Origin: Chiloscyllium plagiosum
Taxonomy: Eukaryota
Assembly (NCBI RefSeq): GCF_004010195.1
Contig: NC_057755.1
Span: forward strand, 3,929,462 to 3,993,461
Direction: 5' to 3'
Length of the DNA stretch: 64,000 bases
Each line of letters begins with the position of its first letter. Position 1 is the first letter of the stretch. Under the pieces are notes generated by a model that searched no databases, was not told the DNA's origin, and saw nothing but the letters and a program-made list of their open reading frames with translations. This document shows, piece by piece, positions 14,335 through 26,839 of the stretch. The position numbers and the translations under genes were made by a program.

Positions 14335-15200
14335 CGGACTCTCCTGCTGACTCTCTCCACCCATCATCTATTCTTTAGGTCGTGGCTTCTTTGTTTCACC
14401 TCAAACTATAGTTGCTTTCCGCGTGTTTCCTTTAGCTGGAGTTATGATGGCGCTGCTGGTTCAGGTCTACCTCACGTTTGTGATCACGAAGATCCTGGAT
14501 CTCCCGTTATTCTCACTGAGCCAATCATGCGGTTTCCTGTTTGAGAGGCTGAGGGTCACCACACAGCTGCTAACTGGGAGGAATTTAGGGTGGACCAGAT
14601 GCTATGGGCTCTCTGTCACTCAGGTATCTTAGTCATCATCAGGTCGGCTGTGAGGCACTGCCTGAGTAAACTTTCCTTCAGTTGGATAGCTGTAGTTGAG
14701 GCTGGTGTGCAATGAGTCTTTTGTCTTCTCCATTGTGTCTAGATTTAGCGTAAAGGTACTGACAGCTGAGAGGACTGCTTCTGGTCCAGGGTGTGTCAGA
14801 GGGGCATGAGGAGCTCATTTAACCCACAGGGGATTTGTTGGAATGTCTGACCAATTTATTTGTTGTGGTGAAGCCGATCCCATTGAGACAATATTCTGTG
14901 TTTGCTTTTCCAGAAAAAGGTATACCCGCCATCTTTTTGTTTAAGTTGCCTTTTTCCTGCCATTCATATCCCACTCACAGCGGTGATGTCAATGTTGTAA
15001 TGCTGGGCGATGGCAGCAGTGTACCATTCAGGTGTATTGGTGTTGGTGTTATCCATCAGGTTCCTGATAGTCCAGCTCCCATATTCATTTGGTGGTGTGG
15101 CAGGGTTGTGATGGAATCTGCCCGTTTGTAGATCCTTTTACTGTGGAGTGGTCACTGCACACCAATCACCAATGGTCACAACGGAGGGAGGTCTGGAGCC
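14335..15200 (-). mobile_element. RTE-clade LINE remnant (AP endonuclease region)
   Basis: Minus strand reads MNMGAG..NLMDNTN..YNIDITA..QLKQKDGGYTFFWK..GIGF, typical of RTE endonuclease N-termini. Confidence 0.65.
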
Positions 15201-16694
15201 AATGACAGGGAAAATCCGAGAGAACTGAAGACCAGCCTCGGCTTTAGGATCCTGCTGGGATTGTTGGAATAGGGATTGGACAGAGAGGGTTTCTGTTATC
15301 TCCCATTAATGGAGGGACAAGAAACCTGTGATGGAACTGAGCAGCTGCTTTTTCCTGTTTCTGAAATACTCGCTTCTGAGTTCAGGGGAAAAAAATATGT
15401 TTCCTTCTTAAGGAGTGACTGAAAGAGCTTCTCAACACTGTAGTTACCGAGCAGACCGTGTCTGCCAAGACAATACAAGGAAATGCTCTTGTCTTGAGCA
15501 CTGTCTTCAAGACGCAAAAAATACAAATGGAGATGATGTTAATTTTCCAAATCTGATGTTTTACTTTTCACTTCAGCCACAAAACCATCGTTCGGACAGA
15601 AGATTTTATTTATTATTTCAGAAAGAAAGCCATTGCACCCCAACCCCATAGATCCTCTGTCATACACCCATCCCATGTCAAAGTCACTCTGAATCTCCGA
15701 AAGTGTACAGTACCGTCCTCCATCAGAGAGTCTGAGTGGACTGGAGGCAGACAAATAAAATCGATGAATATCCAGAATATAGCTTCAAAGTCAAGTGAGA
15801 AGCTGCAGGAGATCTCACATGACACAATGAACATTGATGGTGGAAGGATGACTGTTTGTGGATATGGTTCAAATCCAGGGGCTGCTCTGTTCTGCATCAG
15901 GACAATTCTCTTGAGTGTTGTTGGAGGTGCATTCATCCAGGCAAGTAGAGAGAGCTCCATCACACTCCCAACTTATGCCTTGTAGATGCTGAGCAAGCTT
16001 TGGCCAAGAGGAAATGGGAAGAGCTCAGCAGTAAGTTACTCTCTGCAGGATACCCAGCATCTGAACTGTTGTTGGACCCAGAGGATATGTTTGGCTACCC
16101 CTGTTCAATTTCTGATCAATGGTAACTGTCGGGAAATTAATCTTGATAATGCCATTGAAGCACAAGGACCTTGCTCGAGATGGTCATGCTGCAAGAACAT
16201 TGTCTAGGTCTTACAACATTTGAACATGGACTGCTTCAGGAATTGAGGACCTTCAAATGGTGGCTTCACAAACAAACAAAGATTGTTTGGTCTGTTCCTT
16301 TTCCCGCAAGCTGCCTGAAAGACCACAAGTTACGCTCAGCAAACAGTTCTCAGTTCACATCTCGAGCAACATTTTATTAAAAGAATACCAGTAACAAAAG
16401 GCCAGTGAAGGTTTCATCACCTCTACACTTCATCACTACTGGTATATTGTCCACATTCTCATTTGTGAAATCTCTCTAGGTAATCAAAGTTCAAGGACGG
16501 GAACAATTTCTGGCAGTGACAAGTTGCTCCTTTTTTGGGGTATTTGAGGTGATTTCCTCAAATTCCAGTAGCAACAATTACTGTTTTACATGCTGTTGCA
16601 TTGTTTTGGAACTTTGGAAAATTAATTGAAACCAACAGCACTTGTAAAAGAGACAGGAACAGACAAAGGCAAGGTGAGGTCAGTGCAGGAGAGG

Positions 16695-16726
<32 letters not shown>

Positions 16727-17079
16727 GAGAGAGACTTCACCACAATGAATCTGCACAGTTACTGTCTTTACTGTTTGAATTCATGTATCGTTGGACATCG
16801 GAGTGCATCTGGGAAAATGAACAAACAGTGAAATTCGCTTCTGAACTTGGAGGAACCTGTTTGGGAGAGGTCATAACACATAAACAGATAAGTGAATATT
16901 TTAGCATGGCCTTGCAGTAGCGAGTTAAGTGTGTTCTTTTTTGATAATATGTTTTATTAAGATATGTCTCTTGATTAAACGTAAGAATATAAGCCATAAG
17001 TATTAAGTTAGCCTGGCGTGGTGTTTTGTGGAGGGACGAGAATGGGCTATTTTCTCGGTCAATGTGTTGAAAAAAGAAA

Positions 17080-20000
17080 AAAATGCCTTTAGTTGAGTGA
17101 TACGCTGTTCTTGTCGATTATGGTAATTAAGGGAGAGTCTACGTGTATTTGCAGATTATATCGCAGATTGGTTGCGAACCCTATCAAATCGTTTGGATCG
17201 TTGGAGAGAAAATGAGGAATTTACAAGAGCAAGGGTGTGTGATGGATGGCAGTTGCAGGAAGGGAGAAAAGTCACAGATACGGTCACATAGATGGAGTAA
17301 CTCCAGGAAAGATAACACAGGTAGGTAGGTAGTGCAGGAGCCCTCTGTGGCTATCCCGATTTCAAACAAGTATACTGTTTTCGAAAATGTAACGGGTGAT
17401 GGATCCTCAGAGGAATGTAGCATTAACCGTCAAGTTTCTAGGATCCAGACTGGCTCAAATGCAGTGAGGCTATGTCGGTTTCCAAGAGATCGATTGTGTT
17501 AGGGGACTCTCTAGTCCAAATGTATAAACAGACGCTTCTGTGGCCAGCAACGAAAAGTAAGAATGGTGTTAAGCTTCCCTGGTGCTAGGATCAAGGATGC
17601 CTCAGAGAGGGTGCAGAGTGTTTTCAAGGGACAGAGGGGCCCGTAGGAGGTCATTGCACACATTTGAACAAACGAGATAGGAAGGGAAAAGATTGAGATT
17701 CTCAAGGAACATTACAGAGAGTTAGGCATAAATTTAAAAAGGAGGCCCTCGAGAGTAGTAATATCTGAATCCAGTACTACGAACTAGTGAAGGCAGGAAT
17801 AGGAGAATAGAGCAGATGAATGCATGTCTGAGGGGCTTGTGCATGGGAGATGGATTCGCAATTTTGGATCATTGGAATCTCTTTTGGAGTGGAAGTGACC
17901 TGTAAAAGAAGGACGGATTGCACCTCAATTAGAAGGGGACTAATACACTGGCAAGGTAATTTGCTCGAGCAGCTCGGGAGGATTTCAACTAGTAAGGTGG
18001 GGGGATGGGGCTCAGCAGATAGTGAGGAATGAGATCAATCTGATACTGGTACAGTTGAGAACAGAAGCGAGTCAAACATTCAGGGCAGGCAGGGACAATG
18101 TAGTACTAATAAATTAAACTGCATTTATTTCAATGCAACGGGCCTAACAGGAAAGGCAGATGAACTCAGGGCATGGTTAGAAACATGGGACTGGGATATC
18201 GTAGCAATTACAGAAACATGGCTCAGGGATGGGCAAGACTGGAAGCTTAATGTTCCAGGATACAAATGCTGCAGGAAGGATAGAAAGGGAGGCAAGAGAG
18301 AGGTGGTGGTGGCATTTTTGATAAGGGATAGCATTACAGCTGTGTTAAGGGAGGATCGTTCCAGAAATACATCCAGGAAAGTTATTTGGGTGGAACTGAG
18401 AAATTAGAAAGGGACGATCACCTTATTGGGATTGTATTATAGATCTCCTAATAGTCAGAGGGAAATTGAGAAACAAACTTGTAAGGAGATCTCAGCTATC
18501 GGTAAGAATAATAGGGTGGTTATAGGAGGGAATTTTAACTTTCCAAGCATGGACTGCAACTGCCATAGTGTTAAGGGTTTCGATGGAGACGAATTTGTTA
18601 AGTGCGTACAAGACAATTTTTTGATTCTGTATGTGAATGTACCTACTAGAGAAGGTGCAAAACGTGACTTACTCTTGGTAAATAAGGAAGGGCAGGTGAC
18701 TGAGATATCAGTGGGGGTGCACTTTGGGGCCAGTGACCATAATTCTATTAGTTTTAAAATAATGATGGAAAAGGATAGACCAGATCTAAGAGCTGAAGTT
18801 CTAAATTGGAGAAATGCCAATTTTGATGGTATTAGGCAAGAACTTTCGAAAGCTGACTGCGGGCAAATGTTCGCAGGTAAAAGGTCGGCTGGGACATGGG
18901 AAGCCTTCAGAAATGAGATAACAAGAATCCAGAGAAAGTATATTCCTCTCAGGGTGAAAGGAAAGGCTGGTAGGTATAGGGAATGCTTGATGACTAAAGA
19001 AATTGAGTGTTTGAATAAGAAAAAGAAGAAAGCATATGTAAGATATAGACAGGATAGATCGAGTGAATCCTCAGAAGAGTATAAAGGAAGTCGGAGTTTA
19101 CTTAAGAGGGAAATCAGAAGGGCAAAAAGAGGACATGAGATAACTTTGGCAAATAGAATTAAGGAGAATCCAAAGAGTGTTTACAAATACATTAAGGACA
19201 AAAGGCTAACTAGGGAGAGAATAGTCTCCCTCACAGGTCAGCAAGGCGGCGTTTGTGTGTAGATGCAGAAAATGGGGGAGGGGGGATACTAAATGAATAT
19301 GTTGCAACAGTATTTACTGGGGAAAAGGATATAGAAAAGATAGACTATAGGGAAATAGATGGCGACACCTTGCAAAATGTTTATGTTACAGAGGAAGAAG
19401 TACTGGATGTCTTGAAACGGGTAAAGGTGGACAAATCCTCAGGACCTGATCAGGTGTACCCTAGAACTCTATGGGCAGCTAGAGCAGTGATTGCTGGGCT
19501 GAAACTTTATTGCTGGAACAGCACAGCAGGTCAGGCAGCATCCAGGGAACAGGAGATTCGACGTTTCGGACACAGGCCCTTCTTCAGGACCTCTTACTGA
19601 GATATTTGTGTCATCGATAGTCAAAATGAGGTGCCAGAAGATTGGAGGTTGGCTAGCGTGGTGCCACTATTTAAGAAGGGTGGTAAGTAAAAGCCAGGGA
19701 ACTAGAGACCTGTGAGCCTGACATCGGTGGTGAGCAAATTGTTGGAGGGAATCTTGAGGGAAAGGTTGTACATTTATTTTGAAAGGCAAAGACTGATTAG
19801 GAATGGTCAACATGGCTCTGTGCGTGGGAAATCATGTCTCACAAAATTGATTGAGTTTTTTGATGAAGTAACAAAGTAGATTGATGAGGGCAGAGCTGTA
19901 GATGTGATCCATATGGACTTTCAGTAAGCCGTTCGATAGGATTCCCCATGGGAGACTGATTAGAAAGGTGAGATCTCATGGAATACACTGGGTAATGAGG

Positions 20001-21058
20001 CATTGGACACAGAACTGGTTGAAAGGTAGAAGACAGAGTGTGGTGGTGGAGGGTTGTTTTTCAGACGAGAGGCCTGTGACCAGTGGAGTGCTGCATGGAT
20101 CGGTGCTGGTTCGTCTACTTTACGTCAATTACATAAATGATTTGGATGCGAGCAGACGTTACAGTTAGTAAGTTTGCAGATGACACCAAAATTGGAGGTG
20201 TAGTTAACAGCAAAGAGAGTTACCTCAGATTACAACAGGATCCTTTACCAGATTGGCCAATTGGCTGAGAAGTGGCAAATGTATTTTCATTCAAATAAAT
20301 GAGAGAGGCTGCATTTTGGGAAAACAAATCTTGGCACGACTTCTACACTTAATGGTAAGGTCCTAAGGTTTGTTGCTGAACAAAGAGACCTTGGAGTGCA
20401 GTTGCATTGCTCCTTGAAACTCGAGTCGCAGGTAGATAGAATAGTGAAGAAGGCGTCTGGTATGTTTTCTTTTATTGGTCAGAGTTTTGAGTACAGGATT
20501 TAGGACCTCATGTCCCGGCTGTACAGGACATTGGTTCGGCCATTGTTGAAATATTGCATGTAATTCTGGTCTCCTTCCTATCGGAAAGAAGTTGTAAATC
20601 TTGAAAGGGTTCAGAAAAAAAAACCGCAAGCATGTTGCCAGGATGGAGCTATAAGGAGAGGCTGAACAGGCTGGGGCTGTATTCCCTGGAGCGTCGGAAG
20701 CCGAGGGGTGACCTTATGGAGGTTTATAAAATCATGGCGGCATGGATAGTGTAAATAGGCAAAGATTTTTCCCTGGGGTTGAGGGTGTGGGGAAAAGATA
20801 CAAAAGAGACCTCAGCATCAACGTTTTCATGCAGAGGGTGGTACGTGTATGGAATGAGCTGCCAGAGGAAATGGTGGAGGTTGGTACAATTGCAATATTT
20901 AAGAGGTTTGGATGGGTCTCTGAATAGGAAGGGTTTGGAGGATATTGGGCCAGGTGCTGGCGATGCGGCTAGATTGGGTTGGAATATCTGGTTGGCATGG
21001 ACGGGTCAGACCGAAGAGTCTGTTTCCATGCCGTACATCTCTATGACTCTATGACTGT
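17080..21058 (+). mobile_element. Near full-length CR1 LINE (ORF1 zinc finger/esterase; ORF2 endonuclease and RT), inactivated
   Basis: ORF1 LGDSLV esterase motif; ORF2 AITETW, YRSPN, GASDHN, KFADD; (ctctatga)n tail; many stops. Confidence 0.93.
19500..19590 (-). mobile_element. Penelope terminal-repeat fragment inserted into CR1
   Basis: Interrupts CR1 ORF2 after gtgattgctgggct. Contains hammerhead-like core CTGAAGA..GAAACGTC on the - strand. Confidence 0.8.
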
Positions 21059-21580
21059 GGGAGGCAGGCTTGGTGATAAACCTGGTTAAATGTGAATTGG
21101 ACAAAGCTCAAGTCACCTTCCTGGGTAATGTTATTGGACATAGACAAATGACCTCATGCAGTACAAAATCGATGGTATTTGGGGACTTTCACATACCATT
21201 GATGAAATTACCTGTCCTGTGGTTTCCTGGGATTGAGTCGATTTTCTCGGAAATTTGTCCCAAATTTTAGCCTTTATGCTTGCTCCACTCACAGAAGTGC
21301 TAAAGAATGGAAAGAAGTTTCAGTGGACAATAGACTGTCAGAAAGCATTTGATAGCCTGAAAGCTATGTCAACCATTGCCCTGGTATTTGCCACACCTAA
21401 TTACGAAAAGTCATTCAAAGTGGCTGGATGCGAGCAATGTGAGTGCGGGTGCTGTGCCCCTGCAGAAAGACGGCAAGAAAAAAGAAAGACCTATCAGACA
21501 TTTCTCCAGGAAATTGAACATTCATCAGCAGAAATATTTGATGGTTGAGAAGGAGACTTTGAGCGTTACAATATTTCAAC
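21059..21580 (+). mobile_element. Gypsy (Gmr1-like) RT/RNase H remnant
   Basis: INLVKCELDKAQVTFLG, APLTEVLKNGKKFQWTIDCQKAF, DASNVSAGA, FSRKL..QKYLMVEKE. Confidence 0.85.
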
Positions 21581-21597
21581 GTTTATTTCCCCCCAAA

Positions 21598-22450
21598 GAA
21601 AGGGGGAGTGGGAGAGAGAGAAAGAGGGCGGTGGTGAGAGATAGACTGGTAGAGAGAGTTATGGAGGGAGGGAGACGGAGAGAGAAGGAAAGAGGGCGAG
21701 GGGGGAGTGAGAAAGANNNNNNNNNNNNNNNNNNNNNNNNNNNNNNNNNNNNNNNNNNNNNNNNNNNNNNNNNNNNNNNNNNNNNNNNNNNNNNNNNNNN
21801 NNNNNNNNNNNNNNNNNNNNNNNNNNNNNNNNNNNNNNNNNNNNNNNNNNNNNNNNNNNNNNNNNNNNNNNNNNNNNNNNNNNNNNNNNNNNNNNNNNNN
21901 NNNNNNNNNNNNNNNNNNNNNNNNNNNNNNNNNNNNNNNNNNNNNNNNNNNNNNNNNNNNNNNNNNNNNNNNNNNNNNNNNNNNNNNNNNNNNNNNNNNN
22001 NNNNNNNNNNNNNNNNNNNNNNNNNNNNNNNNNNNNNNNNNNNNNNNNNNNNNNNNNNNNNNNNNNNNNNNNNNNNNNNNNNNNNNNNNNNNNNNNNNNN
22101 NNNNNNNNNNNNNNNNNNNNNNNNNNNNNNNNNNNNNNNNNNNNNNNNNNNNNNNNNNNNNNNNNNNNNNNNNNNNNNNNNNNNNNNNNNNNNNNNNNNN
22201 NNNNNNNNNNNNNNNNNNNNNNNNNNNNNNNNNNNNNNNNNNNNNNNNNNNNNNNNNNNNNNNNNNNNNNNNNNNNNNNNNNNNNNNNNNNNNNNNNNNN
22301 NNNNNNNNNNNNNNAAGAAAAGAGATAGGGGGTGTGAGAGAGACTGTGGGAGGAAGAGAGAGTGAGAGAGAGGGGTTGAGAGAGGAAAGAGGAGAGCGAG
22401 AATGTGAGAGAGAGGGCGGGACCGAGACACGGGAGAGAGAGAGAGAGGAG
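21598..22450. repeat. GA-rich low-complexity tract flanking an assembly gap
   Basis: Purine-rich (GA)n-like sequence on both sides of the N run. Confidence 0.85.
21717..22314. other. Assembly gap (598 N)
   Basis: Run of N. Confidence 1.
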
Positions 22451-22619
22451 TTGGGATAATTAAGGTCACAATTAAACTCCAGATGGTTTTTTGAAACATT
22501 ATTATTATATGCCTTAGATGCATGAAATACAATCTCAAAAATACATTTCCTTACAAAATAAATGATGCACAAAAATAAAACGCAAGATTTCAATCCATTT
22601 ATTATTCCTCACCACTTAC

Positions 22620-23230
22620 AATGTGATACAATTTGAACATTCCTTAAACCTTTCACTTATTCCAGCATTTAACACTTGTGACAATACATCAGCAATTACA
22701 TTACGTGTTCCAGCGATGTTCATAATCTTTATATTAAGTGGTTGCAACCAAAGGCTCCATCGGAATAGCGCTGCATTCTTTATTTGAAATATTTCAATTA
22801 AAGCCAGTGCATTATGTCTGTGCAACTTAGCATTTCACTGTTCTTTGTCGGATACAGATTTCAAAGTGTTGAAGAGCAAACAGCAATCCCAAAGCCCCCT
22901 TTATCTATCAGAGAGTATTTTCCAATGACTGTCAATGTTTCTAAGAGAAGTCCCTATGATTTCTCTGTACCTGAGTCACCAAAATGTAACAGGATATTAC
23001 ACAACCCCAGGGCACTAGCATCAACTGTCATTTTGAAAAGTCTGGAAAAATCATGAGTGGCCCACATTGATTCATTTTTTTTTCAATTTGTCTTCATCCT
23101 TGCAAAGGCAGCCTTGTGTTCTGCGAACCTAACAACTTTTTACTTGATTTCTTCACAGAATTGTTAAAGGCACAGCCAGCCAGGTATAATAATGCACAAA
23201 TTTTCAGTAACTGCACACATTGGTATAAAT
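22620..23230 (-). mobile_element. Very old Gypsy RNase H remnant
   Basis: FKMTVDAS, ALQHFE, HNAL, LFRWSLWLQP, AGTRNVIADVLS. Confidence 0.75.
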
Positions 23231-23299
23231 CTACTAATTTGTTATTCAGTTTCAGCAAGTACGAATTGTATTCGAGCCTTCAGTTTTGCTGTCCTCAGC

Positions 23300-23950
23300 A
23301 ATATGTACGTGTATGTGTGTTTGTCTATGTATGTGTGTCTGCGAATATCTCTGTGTGTGTATGTGTGTGTGTATCTCTGTCTGTGTGGATATGTATGTGT
23401 GTCTGTGCATGTCTGCGTGTGTATGTGTGTCTGTATGTGTGGGTCTGTGTGTATGTGTATTTGCGTCTGTGAATGTCTGTGTGCGTGTGTCTATGTCTGT
23501 GTGTATGGGTGTCTGTAAGTGTGCATGCACGTGTGTGTTTGTGTGTGTTCTGCGTGTCTGTGCGTGTATATATGTGTGTGTGTGTGTCTGCCTGTGTGTC
23601 TTTGAGCATTTCTGTCTCTATAGTTGTATGTATAACTATCTCAGTGTGTCTATTGATATATATTTGTATGTGTTAGTGTATATTAGTGTCTGTATTACAG
23701 TGGTTTTTTGTCTATGTGTGTCTCTGTGTCTATTTCCATGTGCTCTTGTCTGTCGTGTGTTAATGTAGCACTCTGTATCTGCATTTGTGTGTACATCTGT
23801 GTCTGTATCACTGTGTATATTTCTGTTGTTCTCGGGGTGAACTCATTGAAATGGGATCAAACTTCCCCTCTCTGTCCCTCGTGTTCAAGGTGATGTAATG
23901 TTGATGCTCATGTTGACGTATGTCTCTATGCGTGTGTGTGTGTGTGTCCA
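23300..23950. repeat. Degenerate (TG)n microsatellite
   Basis: About 650 bp of imperfect TG/TA/TC dinucleotides. Confidence 0.95.
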
Positions 23951-24072
23951 TCTCTGCCTGCAATGGAAATCATTTTGTTCAAATGTAAGTTTGAACGAAA
24001 TTAAAATTAAGATGTGTTTAATCAAAGGCTCAGAGTTCTGTCTCTCAGTTCGTCTTGTGTTTCAATGATACA

Positions 24073-24107
24073 ATACCACCCTCTGTTGGACTCCCAATGC
24101 CACTGCA
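24073..24107 (-). promoter_or_regulatory. Candidate CTCF site with upstream motif
   Basis: Minus strand TGCAGTGGC-attgggagt-CCAACAGAGGGTGG resembles the CTCF core plus upstream TGCAG module. Confidence 0.4.
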
Positions 24108-24240
24108 CAAGCATCAGGTTTATTTTGGAGAAACCATCCAAGTCTGTGAGTGTCTCCAATTGCACGTTTGTTTCATTCTTCAAATAATGTCTTTGGAGTC
24201 TTGAAGCAATTTTGCCCGATACCTTGTGAAGTCATACGTG

Positions 24241-24665
24241 AGTAAGTGAGGGGTGCAGATGCTGGCGATTAGAGTAAAAACGTGTCGTGCTTGAAAAGTA
24301 AGTTAAAAATCAGACAACACCACGTTATAGTCCAACAGGTTTAATTGGAATCACACTAGCTTTCGGAGCTCCTTCATCAGGTGATTGTGAGCGTCGCTCC
24401 AAAAGCTAGTGTGCTTCCAATTAAACCTGTTGGACTATAACCTGGTGTTGTGTGATTTTTAACTTTGTACACCCAAGTCCAACACCGGCATCTCCGAATC
24501 TTGAAAAGTATGGCCAGTCTGGCAGTATATGAGGGGCACGAGAGTCAACGTTTCAAGCATAAGCTTCTCACCTTGAAAAGCTTCCGCCCAAAACGTCTAT
24601 TCTCTTGTGTCTTGTGTGCTGACTGACTGGCTGTGCGTTTCCAGCACCACACTTTTCGACTCTAT
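24241..24665. mobile_element. Inverted pair of Penelope terminal repeats hosting a second Penelope hairpin insertion (24301-24500)
   Basis: 10-bp direct repeat ttgaaaagta at 24291-24300 and 24501-24510. The insert has about 70-bp inverted arms. Confidence 0.82.
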
Positions 24666-25019
24666 GTGTCTGTGTGTTGATGGCGCTGTCAGTTTAGATT
24701 ATGTTGTGAGCTGCAACTGTCTCTCTCTCTCGTTCTGACTGAATCCTTGAGAGAATGAATCTTCCACAGCACCACATGTCGTGGCATGGAGAGGGCAGTA
24801 AAGGGTAGCGTTGTATTTTTTTAACAGCAGAAAAATTTACAGAATGGTTTTGAATCTTCACTCCATGACAGGAAATGCTGTGCATGCTTGTGGGTTGCAA
24901 TGGTGTAGCAGCCCATTGGAATTTGTAAGCTTGATTAAAAAAAAAAGTAATCCCAGCATTTGTTATTATTCATAAGGTTTATTTATTCATAAGATAAGGA
25001 ATTCATGATACTAGATATT

Positions 25020-25330
25020 TTACTGTGTAACTGAACTTCAAATCATTATCTGGGCCCACATGGCACCTACTGTTAAAGTTCACTTGAGACTAACTTTAAG
25101 AAAGTTATGGAATTTACATATGAAAGTACTAAAACCAACATGCTCATTCTAAAAGATGAGAGATTTTCAATATATAATTTCAGTTACATGACACTGAAAA
25201 CCTTTGCGATAAATTCTGTGTCGTATGGTGCTGTTACACAACCACCTGATGAAGGAGCAGCGCTCCACAACCTAATGCTTCCAATTAAACCTGTTGAACT
25301 ATAACCCGGACTTATCTGATTTTTAACTTG
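25020..25330 (+). mobile_element. Penelope 3' UTR/terminal repeat (second family)
   Basis: cacctgatgaaggagcagcgctcc...ccaattaaacctgttg, the same family as 24301-24500. Confidence 0.7.
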
Positions 25331-25609
25331 GCATAAATAAAGGTTTGGTAGGTGGGTTCTGACAACATCATGCAATCACCTGCCACAATGTCTCACATTG
25401 AAACAGCTCATCGTTGGCTGTTTATGGCATTAGTATGTGGTCTGTTGGATTGCTACTGAGCAGTGAGACCATGTATTTAATAGCAAACATTGTCTGAATA
25501 ACTATTCTATTTAATTTCATCAGTACCCTCTGAAGGATTTGATTGTGATTGAGACTTACAGAGGTTTGCATGCTGAAAGGAATTACCCAGCAGGAGATTC
25601 AATTTCCCC

Positions 25610-26190
25610 GGACAATTCCTTTGGATTGTGCTGCGATGGAAATTCCTCAGGTTCCCAGCTCAATTCTCCCTGCACTGGGATAAGGACACTCTGTCAGGAG
25701 TGTAAGGGAATTTCCCCCACTTGCCTGGATGTGGGCATCTCCATCAATCACTCAAGAAGTTAAACACCATTCAGGACAAAGCAACCCACTTCATTGATCC
25801 CATATCCACAAACATCCAACCCCTCCACCTCTGACACTCAGTAGCAGCAGAGCATATCATCTACAAGATGCACTGCAGAAATTCACCAAAGATCCTCAGA
25901 CACTACCTTCCAATCACATGACCACTTCGATCTGGAAGGACAAGGGCAGCCGATATCTGGAAACACCACCCCCTGCAAGGTCCACTTGAAGTAACTTATC
26001 GTCCTGAATTGGAAATATATCGCTGTTCCTTCACTGTCACTGGGTCAAAATCCTGGAATTCCCTTCCTCAGGGCATTGTGGACTGCAGTGGATTAAGAAG
26101 GCAGCTCACCACCACCTTCTCAAGGGGCAACTAGGGACGGGTAATAGATGCTAACCCAGCCAACAATGCTCACATGCCATAATTGAATAA
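25610..26190 (+). mobile_element. CR1/L2-superfamily LINE 3' end
   Basis: LKKLNTIQDKA; tail gcagctcaccaccaccttctcaaggggcaactagggacggg. Confidence 0.75.
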
Positions 26191-26389
26191 TTTGAAAGTA
26201 TCGTTTCATGGTCTGGAAACAATAGGCCCCTCCTGTTTTGTTAACTGTGGAATTTTATTTATTTATAACACAAGAAATTCATGGAAACATATATTTTGCT
26301 GCATTACTGATCTTCGCTCTGAACCCAGACAATCTTGGTGCATAAATAAATGTGTTTGTGCAACAACTTAGGGTCTGCAGCATGTATGA

Positions 26390-26838
26390 GGAGAAAGTGA
26401 GGACTGCAGATGCTGGAGATCAGAGCTGAAAATGTGTTGCTCGAAAAGCACAGCAGGTCAGGCAGCATCCAAGGAGCAGGAGAATCGACGTTTCGGGCAT
26501 GAGCCCTTCTTCAGGAATGAGGAAAGTGTGTCCAGTAGGCTACCTTGTGGTTGGAGGGTTCCAAGGTGGAAGATGAGGCGCTCTTCCTCCAGCCGTCGTG
26601 TTGCTATGGTCTGGCGATAGAGGAGTCCAAGGACCTGCATGTCCTTGGTGGAGTGGGAGGGGGAGTTGAACTGTTGAGCCACGGGGTGGTTGGGTTGGTT
26701 GGTCCGGGTGTCCTAGAGGTGTTCTCTGAAACGTTCCGCACGTAGGGGACGAAACGTCTGCAACACAAATTCCCAGCTCGGCGAACAGAACCACAATAAC
26801 GAGCACCTGAGCTACGAATCTTCTCAGAAACTTTGAAC
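26390..26838 (-). mobile_element. Penelope 3' fragment (-) fused to a third-family terminal repeat (+, 26746-26838)
   Basis: MAQQFNSPSH..RRLEEERLIFHLGTLQP; well-preserved terminal repeat with hammerhead core. Confidence 0.85.
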
Positions 26839-26839
26839 A

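Noticed and set aside
18426..19262. 278-aa ORF as a host gene
   Set aside because: CR1 ORF2 endonuclease segment bounded by stops and frameshifts.
21376..22593. Long 250-336 aa ORFs
   Set aside because: Artefacts of the N gap and GA-rich sequence.
23116..23893. Cys/Val- and His/Thr-rich ORFs
   Set aside because: Translations of a TG microsatellite.
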